Source: a virus
Length of the DNA: 64,000 nucleotides
IMG/VR virus record: IMGVR_UViG_3300015371_000016
Span: 13,128-77,127 of that record
Strand: one strand, 5' to 3'
Shown: one piece after another, positions 35,965-45,408 of the stretch
Numbering within the stretch: position 1 is the first letter of the stretch
Layout of the letters: every line of letters starts with the position of its first letter
Notes under the pieces: model-generated
Seen by the model: only the letters and a program-made list of their open reading frames with translations
What the model was told of the DNA's origin: nothing
The model's database searches: none
Translations under genes and position numbers: made by a program

Positions 35965-36336
35965 ATGCCATTCGATTCAATGAAAAGCGACCTACAGATC
36001 GAGCGCGACGAGAAGGCTCTTGCGATGCTCAACTGGATTTATGCCAGCATGGCCGCGCACCGATACACGTGGTGCCAAGGCTCAATGGGCGTGGGCGGTA
36101 TACACTGCATTATGGGCTGGGCGAGAAGATACGACGGCGTATTTGGTGCCGAACTTTTGGCTGAGTATTTGGGACCGCTTTGTCCAAATATCGCAGACGA
36201 AGGACTCACTATTATTGTTCGTCAAAATTTGCTTGCCCATCGTGTAATAAAAATGAACGACGCCAGATCGACCACAAAAGACACGATGCTTTTATTGCTA
36301 TCTCAAGCAATCACGAACATCAGGCTGGGTAAATAA
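35965..36336 (+). CDS. Hypothetical protein (DUF6197-like)
   Basis: WCQG..HCIMG..ND..TTKD.ML.LL..AI motif. Confidence 0.55.
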   Translation: MPFDSMKSDLQIERDEKALAMLNWIYASMAAHRYTWCQGSMGVGGIHCIMGWARRYDGVFGAELLAEYLGPLCPNIADEGLTIIVRQNLLAHRVIKMNDARSTTKDTMLLLLSQAITNIRLGK

Positions 36337-36379
36337 AGCGGTTGCTACTGAAGGGACACACCAAGAGCTGATTCAGATC

Positions 36380-36410
36380 AGGGCGGTACTTTCGGGTGCC
36401 GCCCTTTTTT
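36380..36410 (+). terminator. Intrinsic terminator ending the early cluster
   Basis: AGGGCGGTAC-TTTCGG-GTGCCGCCC followed by T6. Confidence 0.8.
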
Positions 36411-36784
36411 ATCCTGCTCGATTCGCAAGCGCCTTCACATTGGCGAAGCCAAGAGAGCTTACTGTCGCAATTAGGCTACAGTGCACTGTTACCGCACCAT
36501 TTCACGTGGCCGCTGTCAAGCGGTTTCACGGGTCCGAGAGACCGAATTTCACGGAAACGCGCGTGGCGCCGCACGTTTTGGATATAATCTGTGCACAGTA
36601 TCGCTGCACAAACGAACGGGACCGCCCAGTGACCAGCAAGCGGTCCCGCCCACCAACCTACAGAGGAACGCACCAATGCCACGCTCACGCCCAGCGATCT
36701 CGCGGTAAAGCTCTGGCAGTTCCGTGTTCAATGTAGCGTTTCGCGGGTTTCTTGTCACCACGCTTTCTAATGTAGACGTTCCCT

Positions 36785-37555
36785 CTATGCTGCCTTTGTT
36801 GGTATGTCGGCGCGACGTTCGTCGATCTCTGTCGAGAAGTGCTCCGCTAATAAATCAAGCGCGCCCATCAGCCGCTCGGTCTCCGTCCGCAGTAGACGTT
36901 GACGTTCCCGGCACCACTCCTCCAGCGTTCGGTTCCAGATGACTATGCACAATATAAGCCAGCGCGTCTCGGTGGAAAAGCGCTTCATGGCGCGTATGAA
37001 GTCCCGTCCCGCTCGCTCTGACCTCTGTGCAGCGCTGGTAGGACCCAACCGAGGAAGATGCACTGAGGCGCCAATGGGCAGGATGTTATCGCGTGAGCAG
37101 AGCCCGCCGGCCGCGATGTCAGACAACCAGCGCAGATAGTCTGCTGCCCGGATGTGCTCCTCGGTGACCGAGGACGACGGGTCCTTCGCCATGATCCGCA
37201 GCGGGTCGAAAGTGTGCCACCCGGTGATCTCCCTTACCCTTCGGGCGTTGGGCCGGAGGTCGTCTGGGTCTCGCCAGGAAGCGCGCATGGCCTTTCCGTG
37301 CGTCTGCTGGGCTCGTGGCGGGCCGGAGGGATCGGTGGCCATCATACGGCTGGCAGCGTGCACGACGGCGTCCTGAGCGATCCTAGACCGGTGCACGCGG
37401 GTCACTTCGAGGCGGAGGGTAGCTCCCGAGATGTCAGGCTTCGGGAGAGGCTCGGCTGAGTGGATCAGCCACATCATCCCGCCGTGTCGCTCCTCGACCG
37501 CGTCGCCTGGACTGGGCAATGGTCCCACCCATGGAACCCTGACCACGCGGCTCAT
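36785..37555 (-). CDS. Putative late-gene transcription regulator (Q-like position)
   Basis: Last gene of the replication operon; C-terminal sigma-region-4-like segment (L..ALDLLAEHF). Confidence 0.5.
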   Translation of the reverse strand: MSRVVRVPWVGPLPSPGDAVEERHGGMMWLIHSAEPLPKPDISGATLRLEVTRVHRSRIAQDAVVHAASRMMATDPSGPPRAQQTHGKAMRASWRDPDDLRPNARRVREITGWHTFDPLRIMAKDPSSSVTEEHIRAADYLRWLSDIAAGGLCSRDNILPIGASVHLPRLGPTSAAQRSERAGRDFIRAMKRFSTETRWLILCIVIWNRTLEEWCRERQRLLRTETERLMGALDLLAEHFSTEIDERRADIPTKAA

Positions 37556-37583
37556 GCTGCTTCGTCCAACGTCTCGCGTGTAT

Positions 37584-37841
37584 TCATGCTCTTGCTGTCT
37601 CCCTGATCTTTGCTAGCGCATCCTCGCTTGCCTTGAGGCCATCCTTGGCTCGCCTAAGCACGTCCACGCTTTCCTTGAGGTAATTCACCGTCGCTTCTAA
37701 CAGCTCGATCCGACGATCGGCCTCGCTGCGCGAAAGCTTCTTCGCATCCACCCATTTCGGATACACCCGCTTGCGTAGCACGATCTCGCGCTCTAGCTCG
37801 CCGACCATGTCATCGACGGTGATCGCAAATAAATCGGTCAT
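37584..37841 (-). CDS. Conserved phage hypothetical protein
   Basis: EREI.LRKRVYPKWV...K...EADRRI motif. Confidence 0.65.
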   Translation of the reverse strand: MTDLFAITVDDMVGELEREIVLRKRVYPKWVDAKKLSRSEADRRIELLEATVNYLKESVDVLRRAKDGLKASEDALAKIRETARA

Positions 37842-39601
37842 GTTTCATTCCACGGCTTTGATGGCGGCGGCAGGTCGTCGATCATTGGATCAAGATACCG
37901 ACCGGTTGTCGCGTCGAAACCGAGACGCACGATAGCTCCACGCTGAGCGAACCGCCTGAATCTCGACTTCCAAGCAATTAGCCGCGAAATGGTTTCCTTT
38001 TCAGGTCGCCAGATTGTCAGTCCTAAATCACACTTATTGGCCCAGTGCGCCGATCCCGATATCTCATATCCGGCGGGTGGGTCTCGTTCTTCACCGTTTC
38101 TTTTCGGTTGCGGTTTGGCCGGATGCACCGCTATCCAGACATTACAGCCGTGGCGCAGAGCAAACGCTTTGAAGCGACGCAAACAACGCGCGACATATTC
38201 GGTCTCGGCCAAGTCACCGTAATGGTGTTCAACTTCGTTCCATGGATCGAGCAATAGATCGGTCGTACCGTCGCGTAGCAATAGCATTGTCGCCTGTTCG
38301 ATCAGCCAATCCACCGTGGGCGACGTGCTTTCGGAATCCGACACCAGCATGCTGATCCGACCGTTAAGGAAATCACCGGCTTCTCGCTTGTCTTCTTCCG
38401 ACATTTCGTGAAACGGCTTACCGCGATAGACGGCAGCGCAGTCCTCGGCGAAATCTTCCCAGGGCTGGTGTTCCGGCGAGAATATTGCCCAGCGTCGATC
38501 ATGGTTGCGCGCGGTGTGCACCGCGACAAAGCGTGTCCACGAGGACTTGCCGTGCTGCGGAAAACCGGTCAGCACGATCAGACGCCCTTCGGTCGGTAGC
38601 TTAATTTCCCTGTCGGTGCCTATCGTGCCTGCGCCCATAGTCGCATAGCGAGGACGATCCTTAAGAAGCACGTCCGAATTAATTTTGCGCACGCCCTCGA
38701 TCGGATAGGGCTCGGCGCTATCGATTGCTTGCTGAAGATATTCGAAGCCCTTGCGTAGGGCGTCGCAGGCATCCTTGCAGCCCTCCGGCCACGTCACTAT
38801 CGACACGCGATGTCGGCCAAGCCGGCGGGCAAGTTCCTCGCGTAAGGCCAGCCCAGGCTTGTCCATATCGCCCGCAAGTACGAAATTCTTAACCCTCGTC
38901 AATTCCTCGGCGTGGGTTTCTAGTGCGGCAAAGCGAAGATCACTGGGATTAGCTTTGACGGTCGCAGGAGCGCCATCCCGCAGAGATACCGTCGCGGGAT
39001 ATCCGCATTCGTGCATCGCCATCACGTCCGGTTCGCCCTCGACGAAATAAACCGTTTCCGCCTTGGCAATCGCGTCGATATTGAACAGCGTCGGAGTCCC
39101 GTTATTTTCCTGACTCTGCGGCTGCTTCTCGGGATACGGACGATATTTTCGGGCCACGTCCTCGCCGCGAAAGCGATACGGGAACACGATCGCTGGCCGT
39201 TGCCCTAGACCAGGGAAAGTGCGGTTCATAGCGTAGACACCGAATCGATCGACCGTGACCTTGCCAATGTGCCGCTCAGCAAAGAATTCGTAAAGCCAGT
39301 CAGGCTGATTGGTCGTGTCCCAGTAGGTATGCTCAGGCAAAACCTTTTCCTTCGACGCCGAGGATCGTGTCCTCGGGAAATCGCTATTTGCGCGGATACT
39401 GTCTTTCCAGCCACACGTACCGCGATGACAAATCCATACCGCGCCCTGTCCGTCCTCGTCGAGCTTGACCGAAAGCGACTTCTCCCGGTGAGACCCGCCA
39501 CCACAGCGCGGGCAAATTATTTGCTCGCTCCACGCTCCCAGCAATAGGCGGCGAACCCTGATGCCGTGGTCTAGGAGCTGACCGAGAATATCGCCGTTCA
39601 C
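37838..39601 (-). CDS. Primase-helicase (T7 gp4/Twinkle-like)
   Basis: Zn ribbon CPRC..CHRGTC, TOPRIM VEGEPD..DMD..G..KDACD, Walker A GFPQHGKS, DPWN, HP.K, ISGSAHW. Confidence 0.9.
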   Translation of the reverse strand: MNGDILGQLLDHGIRVRRLLLGAWSEQIICPRCGGGSHREKSLSVKLDEDGQGAVWICHRGTCGWKDSIRANSDFPRTRSSASKEKVLPEHTYWDTTNQPDWLYEFFAERHIGKVTVDRFGVYAMNRTFPGLGQRPAIVFPYRFRGEDVARKYRPYPEKQPQSQENNGTPTLFNIDAIAKAETVYFVEGEPDVMAMHECGYPATVSLRDGAPATVKANPSDLRFAALETHAEELTRVKNFVLAGDMDKPGLALREELARRLGRHRVSIVTWPEGCKDACDALRKGFEYLQQAIDSAEPYPIEGVRKINSDVLLKDRPRYATMGAGTIGTDREIKLPTEGRLIVLTGFPQHGKSSWTRFVAVHTARNHDRRWAIFSPEHQPWEDFAEDCAAVYRGKPFHEMSEEDKREAGDFLNGRISMLVSDSESTSPTVDWLIEQATMLLLRDGTTDLLLDPWNEVEHHYGDLAETEYVARCLRRFKAFALRHGCNVWIAVHPAKPQPKRNGEERDPPAGYEISGSAHWANKCDLGLTIWRPEKETISRLIAWKSRFRRFAQRGAIVRLGFDATTGRYLDPMIDDLPPPSKPWNET

Positions 39602-40392
39602 AGCGCGACCCTCTGTCCCACATCCGCGAATAAATCGTGGCCGTTCGGCTTTCGTGGCAGCCGCTCGCTGGCCGTGATCAGCCAGATCCTAAATCGGGAA
39701 TCCCAACGAATGCATTTTGCTCCCTTGGCCTCCGCCCAGCTTCGCATTTTATCCACTTCGAGATTGAAGCCGCGTTCGTCGAAGCCGAGCGATTTGGCCA
39801 GGGCGATGTGCTTGACAGTGGGAACCCAATCGTCAGGCAATTCCGTCTCGCGTGCGCGTGCGCGTGCGCGCGCGGAGTCCGAACGAAGTGAGGACTCTCT
39901 CTCTTGGGAGTCCTTGGGGGATTCTTTCTTAGGGGGATTCTCTGCAAAGTTTGCAGGTTCGAATTGCAGTGTTTTGCAGGTAAAGTTTGCAGAATTTGCA
40001 GGTTCAGACGAGGTTGCTGTCTGCAAATCTTGCATATCATGCTGCGAATCTTGCACCTTTGCTGCCTGCAAATCTTGCATATCACGCTGCAAATCTTGCA
40101 CCGTTTGATCTGCGGATTTTTCAGTCTTGGGAGGGTCTGCCGGTCGCAGAATGTGGTAGTGGTGCACCTGTCGCTTACGCGCTTCGATACGAATTAGTTT
40201 GGCTTCGGCTAGTCTGTGTACCGCACTATGGACAGTTCGCTGGCACAATTCCGTCTCGACGGAAATGGTCGATATAGACGGCCAACAGATCATAGAGCCG
40301 TTCGCCTTGTCGGCGAGGTAAATCAGGACGACGCGCTCTGAGGCTGAAAGGCCACGTTGACGCAATGCCCAAACGACGTGAGGACAGCTCAT
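39598..40392 (-). CDS. Replication initiator (HTH_36, lambda O-like)
   Basis: VLIYLADKAN..CWPSISTI..RTV; internal DNA repeats; LPDDW.P C-terminal domain. Confidence 0.8.
   Translation of the reverse strand: MSCPHVVWALRQRGLSASERVVLIYLADKANGSMICWPSISTISVETELCQRTVHSAVHRLAEAKLIRIEARKRQVHHYHILRPADPPKTEKSADQTVQDLQRDMQDLQAAKVQDSQHDMQDLQTATSSEPANSANFTCKTLQFEPANFAENPPKKESPKDSQERESSLRSDSARARARARETELPDDWVPTVKHIALAKSLGFDERGFNLEVDKMRSWAEAKGAKCIRWDSRFRIWLITASERLPRKPNGHDLFADVGQRVAL
39942..40102. repeat. Iteron-like repeats (putative replication origin)
   Basis: Four CTGC(A/G)AATCTTGCA copies plus four TTTGCAG copies inside the initiator gene. Confidence 0.7.
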
Positions 40393-40907
40393 GCCCGGCC
40401 TCCCTTGAGGGAGATCATTTGTCGCATCGCCGAGGCGGTGGCCTCTATTTCCTCGATCAGAAGATCAGCGGGAATGGCTCCTGCTTCGATCGCCGCGCCG
40501 AGCGTCCAGAGCATGATGTGCCGGGCATGATCGAAGTCGTCGGCGATATTTTCAGAATTACGTGAATAATTCGAGAACATGACATTTCTCCCATTGCGTT
40601 TCGGCCCGGAAGCTGCCATGTCTCACGTGCTATTGCGAGAACATGGCAATCACTTAGAGGGTCGTCCGTTACCAAGGCGGCCCTCTCTTCTTTTCAGAGA
40701 AAACACATACTATGACAGCTCACGAGGCTGTGCAAACAACAAGACATTTCAAGCACGTGTTGTGATCTGATGATCCGCCGCTTAAAGGAAGCGTTTCCGG
40801 TCCCATAGGGCGGTAAGGATTAGTGCCCGGGCAAACCGAGACGACTCCAGCTCTGCCGCAACTTGAGCAGCGGCGGGCAGCGAAGGCAGTAGCGAACTGA
40901 TCCAGCG

Positions 40908-41177
40908 TCATGGCATATCCCTGTCGATCTGAGCTAGTTCCTTGGCGATCTCAACGAGACTGATCCGGTAGCGCTTCTCGAACCTCTGCCAGCCGATCTT
41001 GTGTCCCTCCATGTGGTGCATGTGGCACATGGGCACGATCCACTTGTCGGATGGTTTCATGCCCATGCCAGAGTTGGCTGCCGTGCGGACATGGTGACGC
41101 TCAGGCTCCCGCCAGCAGGCTGGAACGCAGCATCCCAGGCTGAGGATTATCTCCTGGCGGACAGCTTCAGAGGTCAT
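40908..41177 (-). CDS. DUF968-like HNH-type Zn-finger protein
   Basis: CCVPAC..HHVR..GMGMKPSDKWIVPMCHMHH. Confidence 0.75.
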   Translation of the reverse strand: MTSEAVRQEIILSLGCCVPACWREPERHHVRTAANSGMGMKPSDKWIVPMCHMHHMEGHKIGWQRFEKRYRISLVEIAKELAQIDRDMP

Positions 41178-41656
41178 CGGCCGGGAAGCGCGGTATTCAA
41201 TAGAACGCCCTCCTCTAGGACTTCGACCAGGACCATAGATCGCAGTGCATAAAGTCGTTCGACGTAATCTCGCTCGCTTAGTAGTTCGGCGTCGGTGAAA
41301 TACTTCTGGGCACGATCGTTCATCGTATAGACGCGGAAGGCCCAGATATCTGGCCAATAGTAAGCGACAAGAAAAGGCAATGACGCTCTGTTGGCCAATT
41401 CAGTAATGGCGACCATTGATCTTTCATGGCGCCTCAGTGCGATTGCCTTGAAATGCTTGTAATCTATTAGCGCGACCGGCTTGGCATGATTGTATTCAAT
41501 CATCAGAAAGTCCACATCGACAGCAGGGCAATTGAATCCCCACTGCCGATGCCGCGCGCTAAGCTCTTGATCGCGCCACTCCGTCCGCTCCAATCGAACA
41601 TCATTCACGAAGCGTGCCGCCTTCCAGATATGCCTCGGATGATCAGTCCGGGGCAT
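41174..41656 (-). CDS. Hypothetical protein (PD-(D/E)xK-like)
   Basis: DVDFL.IEY..PVALIDYK. Confidence 0.55.
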   Translation of the reverse strand: MPRTDHPRHIWKAARFVNDVRLERTEWRDQELSARHRQWGFNCPAVDVDFLMIEYNHAKPVALIDYKHFKAIALRRHERSMVAITELANRASLPFLVAYYWPDIWAFRVYTMNDRAQKYFTDAELLSERDYVERLYALRSMVLVEVLEEGVLLNTALPGR

Positions 41657-41694
41657 ATCGCATTATTATAGCAAATTGCGCTTTCTGCAAATTA

Positions 41695-42249
41695 CTAGTC
41701 CGCCGCGTCCCTTACCCAGAGCGATCCGGGAGCATGACGTAATCGCGCCCGGTGCCACATCCAGATTAGCACCGCGTCCGCCGCGTTGTGGTCAATGACG
41801 TTCAGTTTCAATATCTTACGGCAGAACATCACCACCTCACGCGGCTTGTCCTTAGATCGCAGCCGCGTCATACCCATGATCTCCTTGCGGACAGTGTGAC
41901 AATCGATCGAGCTTCTACCGATCGGATGAATTTTTCCGTTCGGCAGATCGACACCGCGCCACGTCTCCTCGATAACGATCCCACGAAGCGCGAACGCTTG
42001 GGACGCGGCAAAGTAATTATTCATTGCCGGCAGATTGAGCGTGCTCTCCTGGACCACGTGATCCGGTAGATTTGCCTTCAGGAACGCGACCAGCTCGTTG
42101 CGGAAGCTCGCATATCGCGCTCCCTCAGATTCCTTGTTCAGCCTCCATGTGCCGAAGTAGGGCGGCTCGTTGCCGTGAGGATTGCCGTAGCACCAGCCTG
42201 TGTCGCCGGCTGGGTCCAGGGCAAGCGTGCCGCCCACTGGCATGCGCAT
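41695..42249 (-). CDS. RuvC-like Holliday junction resolvase
   Basis: LALDP...GWC, VVQE, DHNAADA acidic motifs. Confidence 0.75.
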   Translation of the reverse strand: MRMPVGGTLALDPAGDTGWCYGNPHGNEPPYFGTWRLNKESEGARYASFRNELVAFLKANLPDHVVQESTLNLPAMNNYFAASQAFALRGIVIEETWRGVDLPNGKIHPIGRSSIDCHTVRKEIMGMTRLRSKDKPREVVMFCRKILKLNVIDHNAADAVLIWMWHRARLRHAPGSLWVRDAAD

Positions 42250-42954
42250 CTAGTAGACCGCTACCCCGTCCTCAGCCACCACCGGGCCATTGCGTCGGCC
42301 ACGCTTGATTCCTTTGTCTGCCCGAGGCTTGCGTGGCTTCCCGGACATCTTGCGCTTCCGCTTAGCCGGCGCGGTCATCTGAGGCTCTTCGTCGTCCTCT
42401 TCGTAAGGCAGTAGAGCTGGAGCAGAAGGATTGACTGTCGTAGGCGCTCGCTCCGGCCTCCGCCGCGAGCTATCCGCCGCCCTGGTGTTGGGACCCAGTC
42501 CACGGCCGAGAGCATGCTGTCCTTCGCGCCATCCAGAATGCCACTCAGCATACCGCTCAGTGCCCGGCTCATGTGGGCAATCTTCGGTCGGCACACCCGC
42601 GCGGCCAGCCTCGTATCCCGCTTGCTGTGCGTCCCAAAGCTGGTCCTCCTCAGTGCCAGCTTCGACCTCGAATGTGAAGATCGCATCGGCCGTCACTGGG
42701 ATATTGCGCAAGCGCATATAGAAGAGAAGATCACGCTCGTCCGTGATCACAGTCGTTGAGTCCTGCTTAGTCGCGGCGATTGCCCGACGCATCTGCGCTA
42801 CATTCTCGCCCGCCGCCTTGGCCTGCTTGTACAGATTGCGCAGCACGCCGTTCTCTTCGTCGGCTCGACGCTGCTGAATCTGAATACGCTGCATCCATCC
42901 CGTTGCTTCCCGTGCCCTGGTCTGATTTGTTCCACTCATGTTTTGTCCTATCAT
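42250..42954 (-). CDS. GapR/DUF2312-like protein with Rmf-like C-terminal motif
   Basis: RI..E..LRNLYKQAKAAG..MRRAI..K.D; GYEAG..CPH..EW..GW..G. Confidence 0.6.
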   Translation of the reverse strand: MIGQNMSGTNQTRAREATGWMQRIQIQQRRADEENGVLRNLYKQAKAAGENVAQMRRAIAATKQDSTTVITDERDLLFYMRLRNIPVTADAIFTFEVEAGTEEDQLWDAQQAGYEAGRAGVPTEDCPHEPGTERYAEWHSGWREGQHALGRGLGPNTRAADSSRRRPERAPTTVNPSAPALLPYEEDDEEPQMTAPAKRKRKMSGKPRKPRADKGIKRGRRNGPVVAEDGVAVY

Positions 42955-43159
42955 TCGTTAGCCGATCCAGTGCTCCCTTGGAGAGCTTAATCCCACGTCT
43001 CGCGGCAGACTGAAGCACCAAGGATCGCCAATAAATCGGTATTCTGTTTCTATTGCTCCAAGCAACGACCGTCCAGTAGGAAATACCTAAATCACGAGCA
43101 AGCGCCGCCACGCTGGGCCACCTGCGCAACACATGACCTATCGTCGATTGTCTGGGCAT
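42767..43159 (-). CDS. Cro-like HTH regulator (only about the first 67 codons are non-overlapping)
   Basis: WPSVAALARDLGISYWTVVAWSNRNRIP..W. Confidence 0.7.
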   Translation of the reverse strand: MPRQSTIGHVLRRWPSVAALARDLGISYWTVVAWSNRNRIPIYWRSLVLQSAARRGIKLSKGALDRLTNDRTKHEWNKSDQGTGSNGMDAAYSDSAASSRRRERRAAQSVQAGQGGGRECSADASGNRRD

Positions 43160-43172
43160 ATAATTATCGCTA

Positions 43173-43201
43173 TTGCGACTCGCGCGAATCGCGCGTAAAT
43201 A
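43173..43201 (+). promoter_or_regulatory. Promoter with palindromic operator in the divergence gap
   Basis: TTGCGA-17 nt-TAAATA; spacer contains the inverted repeat CGCGCGA-A-TCGCGCG. Confidence 0.45.
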
Positions 43202-43205
43202 ATTT

Positions 43206-43577
43206 ATGCGCTTTCGCGGTAATCAACAACGAGATGTCTGGCCTCCTAGGGCAGGGCATTTCCGTCTCCGTCTGTGCCGCCGCGGTTGGTCCGTGCCGGC
43301 TAAGATTCAGTATTCTCCCATAGAGGGATGGCGGGCAATCGTCGATGAAAGAGAGTTCCCGTGGCATGACGATCCCGCTTACGCCGAGAGCGTGCCGCGC
43401 GTCTGGCACTACGGTCTGATCGTCGATAAATCGGTTTACGATTGGTGCCTCGACGTAAAGCGCTGGGCAGAGAAGGAGATCGCCGAGAGGCGACTGGACT
43501 ACCATCCTACATTGTCGCCGGAGGAGCCGATTAAGCGCATGAGGCTACCACCCTTCCTACCACAGAGGAGCACATAA
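43206..43577 (+). CDS. Hypothetical protein
   Basis: PGHFRLRL..GW.VPA.I motif; coupled to next gene. Confidence 0.6.
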   Translation: MRFRGNQQRDVWPPRAGHFRLRLCRRGWSVPAKIQYSPIEGWRAIVDEREFPWHDDPAYAESVPRVWHYGLIVDKSVYDWCLDVKRWAEKEIAERRLDYHPTLSPEEPIKRMRLPPFLPQRST

Positions 43578-44311
43578 TGAGCGAAAATATTCCGAAGCCA
43601 CCTCGTCCGCTCACCCCTGAAGAAATCCGCGCATGGCTGGATTATCAGGCAGAAGAACTGGTGAAGCGCAGCGACGACCTCGTCGAGGCCCTGCGCGAGA
43701 TGGCGCGGGCGCATCCCATGATTGCAGATGGTGACGATGAAACAGCCGGCAGATTTATCGATAATCTCGGGATGGCTAAGGCACTGGTGAAATCAGCCGA
43801 AGCGCTGCATACCCGCGAGAAAGCTCCATACCTACAGGGCGGCAAAACCGTCGATGCCTGGAAGGCTAATTTCCTCGGTATTCTTGCACGCGCTATGGAC
43901 CCTGTCAGCAAGATCGTCTTCAACTACTCTGCCCGCAAGGACGCAATCGAGCGCAGGCAACGCGAAGAGGAAGCGCGTCGTTCCGAAGAGGCCGCCGCCC
44001 AGGCGGTCAAGAATGACGCATTCAGCGAGGAGGCGGATATTGCCTTAATGAATGCGGCGCGCGCCAAGCGGGATACCATGGCCAAGCCTGCGGAAAGATC
44101 GCAGACTAGAGGCGTTTACGGCACACTGGCATCAATCAGACAGACATGGACCTGGGAAGTCACCGACATCGAAAGCGTGCCGCGCAAGTATCTCACGATC
44201 GATTCTGCTAAGATACGCGAGGCCATGAAGACGCGCGACAAGCTCGGCAAACCAGTGGCCATGATACCGGGCATTTCCTGGGTAACGGAACGTAGTTTAG
44301 GAGTTCGCTAA
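43577..44311 (+). CDS. Coiled-coil recombination-associated protein (Gp157/Gam-like)
   Basis: EKAPYL.GGK.VD, W.WEVTD..VPRKYL..IPGI; upstream of recT. Confidence 0.6.
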   Translation: MSENIPKPPRPLTPEEIRAWLDYQAEELVKRSDDLVEALREMARAHPMIADGDDETAGRFIDNLGMAKALVKSAEALHTREKAPYLQGGKTVDAWKANFLGILARAMDPVSKIVFNYSARKDAIERRQREEEARRSEEAAAQAVKNDAFSEEADIALMNAARAKRDTMAKPAERSQTRGVYGTLASIRQTWTWEVTDIESVPRKYLTIDSAKIREAMKTRDKLGKPVAMIPGISWVTERSLGVR

Positions 44312-44949
44312 TGTCACAAAACATCATTCCATTTCGCGAGCAGAGCCAGACCATTCGTTACGATGAGATGTGCCGGGCGATCGCGGCGGCTTACTCGATA
44401 GATGAAGTCCGCGAAATGAAGAATCAAGCGACAGCGATCCAGCAGTATCAACGTATGGCGCATAACACGGAAGCTGAGCGGCAGGCTTGTGAAATCAGAT
44501 TGCGGGCAGAGAGGCGGCTGGGCGAATTACTGCGGGAGATGGAGAAGGCAAAAGGAAGCGCCCAGCCTGGAGTGGGGCGCGCTGGAATGCCCTCACAGGC
44601 GGATAGGGCATTAGGCGAAACGACTTTAGCGGGCTTGGGCATTAGCTACAACGAGTCATCTCGCGCTCAGCGTCTCGCTGATGTGCCGGAGTGTTTGTTT
44701 GAACAGGAACTACGTACCGGCTCCATGCCATCCGCATCCGGTATCATTGCTGCAAGTCGCGAAAAGCCAAAGAATGTGGTGGATGACGGCGCGCTGTGGC
44801 TGTGGGGAAGATTGCAGGATTTTCAGCGTGAGCATCATCTTCTAGATCGTGATCCTAATACTGTCGTCGATGGAATGCTACCGCACATGCAAGAGACGGT
44901 TCGTGAATTGGCTCCAAAGATCGCCGAATGGCTAGGGAGAATAAAATGA
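44311..44949 (+). CDS. Conserved phage hypothetical protein
   Basis: EIRLRAERRLGELL..TLAGLGIS..SSR.QRLA motif. Confidence 0.65.
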   Translation: MSQNIIPFREQSQTIRYDEMCRAIAAAYSIDEVREMKNQATAIQQYQRMAHNTEAERQACEIRLRAERRLGELLREMEKAKGSAQPGVGRAGMPSQADRALGETTLAGLGISYNESSRAQRLADVPECLFEQELRTGSMPSASGIIAASREKPKNVVDDGALWLWGRLQDFQREHHLLDRDPNTVVDGMLPHMQETVRELAPKIAEWLGRIK

Positions 44950-45380
44950 AGAACTACGAACAGCACATCGATATCGTGATCGAGGTGTCGAAAAAGACGA
45001 TCGATCTGAGTCCAGCATGGGTCGCCACCGAGGTCATGGTTCGCCTTGGATTTGGACCAAACAGCCCAAAAGCGTTATCTGATGCGGATGTATACGAACT
45101 GGCACATGGCCAATTGCGGCAGATCGTGCGAGGCCGCTTACGCAAGCATGATCCAATAGAAGCCGCCAACGAAGATGACGATTTATTCCCAGAGACATTG
45201 CAAGAACGCTATCCGCGTGTACCGCTTGAAAACGCCGAGCCGATCTATGCATTACGTGATCACTTGACTAATGCTGATGTTAATTACAACGTCAAGCGAA
45301 TGCGCAGGGTATCAAATGCCCTAGCAAAGCACGCCGATGCTTTAGAGGTGTGGCATCGATCTCGCGGTGATGTCGCATAA
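44946..45380 (+). CDS. Hypothetical protein
   Basis: ATGA overlap; LQERYP..HADAL motif. Confidence 0.6.
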   Translation: MKNYEQHIDIVIEVSKKTIDLSPAWVATEVMVRLGFGPNSPKALSDADVYELAHGQLRQIVRGRLRKHDPIEAANEDDDLFPETLQERYPRVPLENAEPIYALRDHLTNADVNYNVKRMRRVSNALAKHADALEVWHRSRGDVA

Positions 45381-45408
45381 AGAAACCCAACGTCACATAG
45401 GAACAGCA

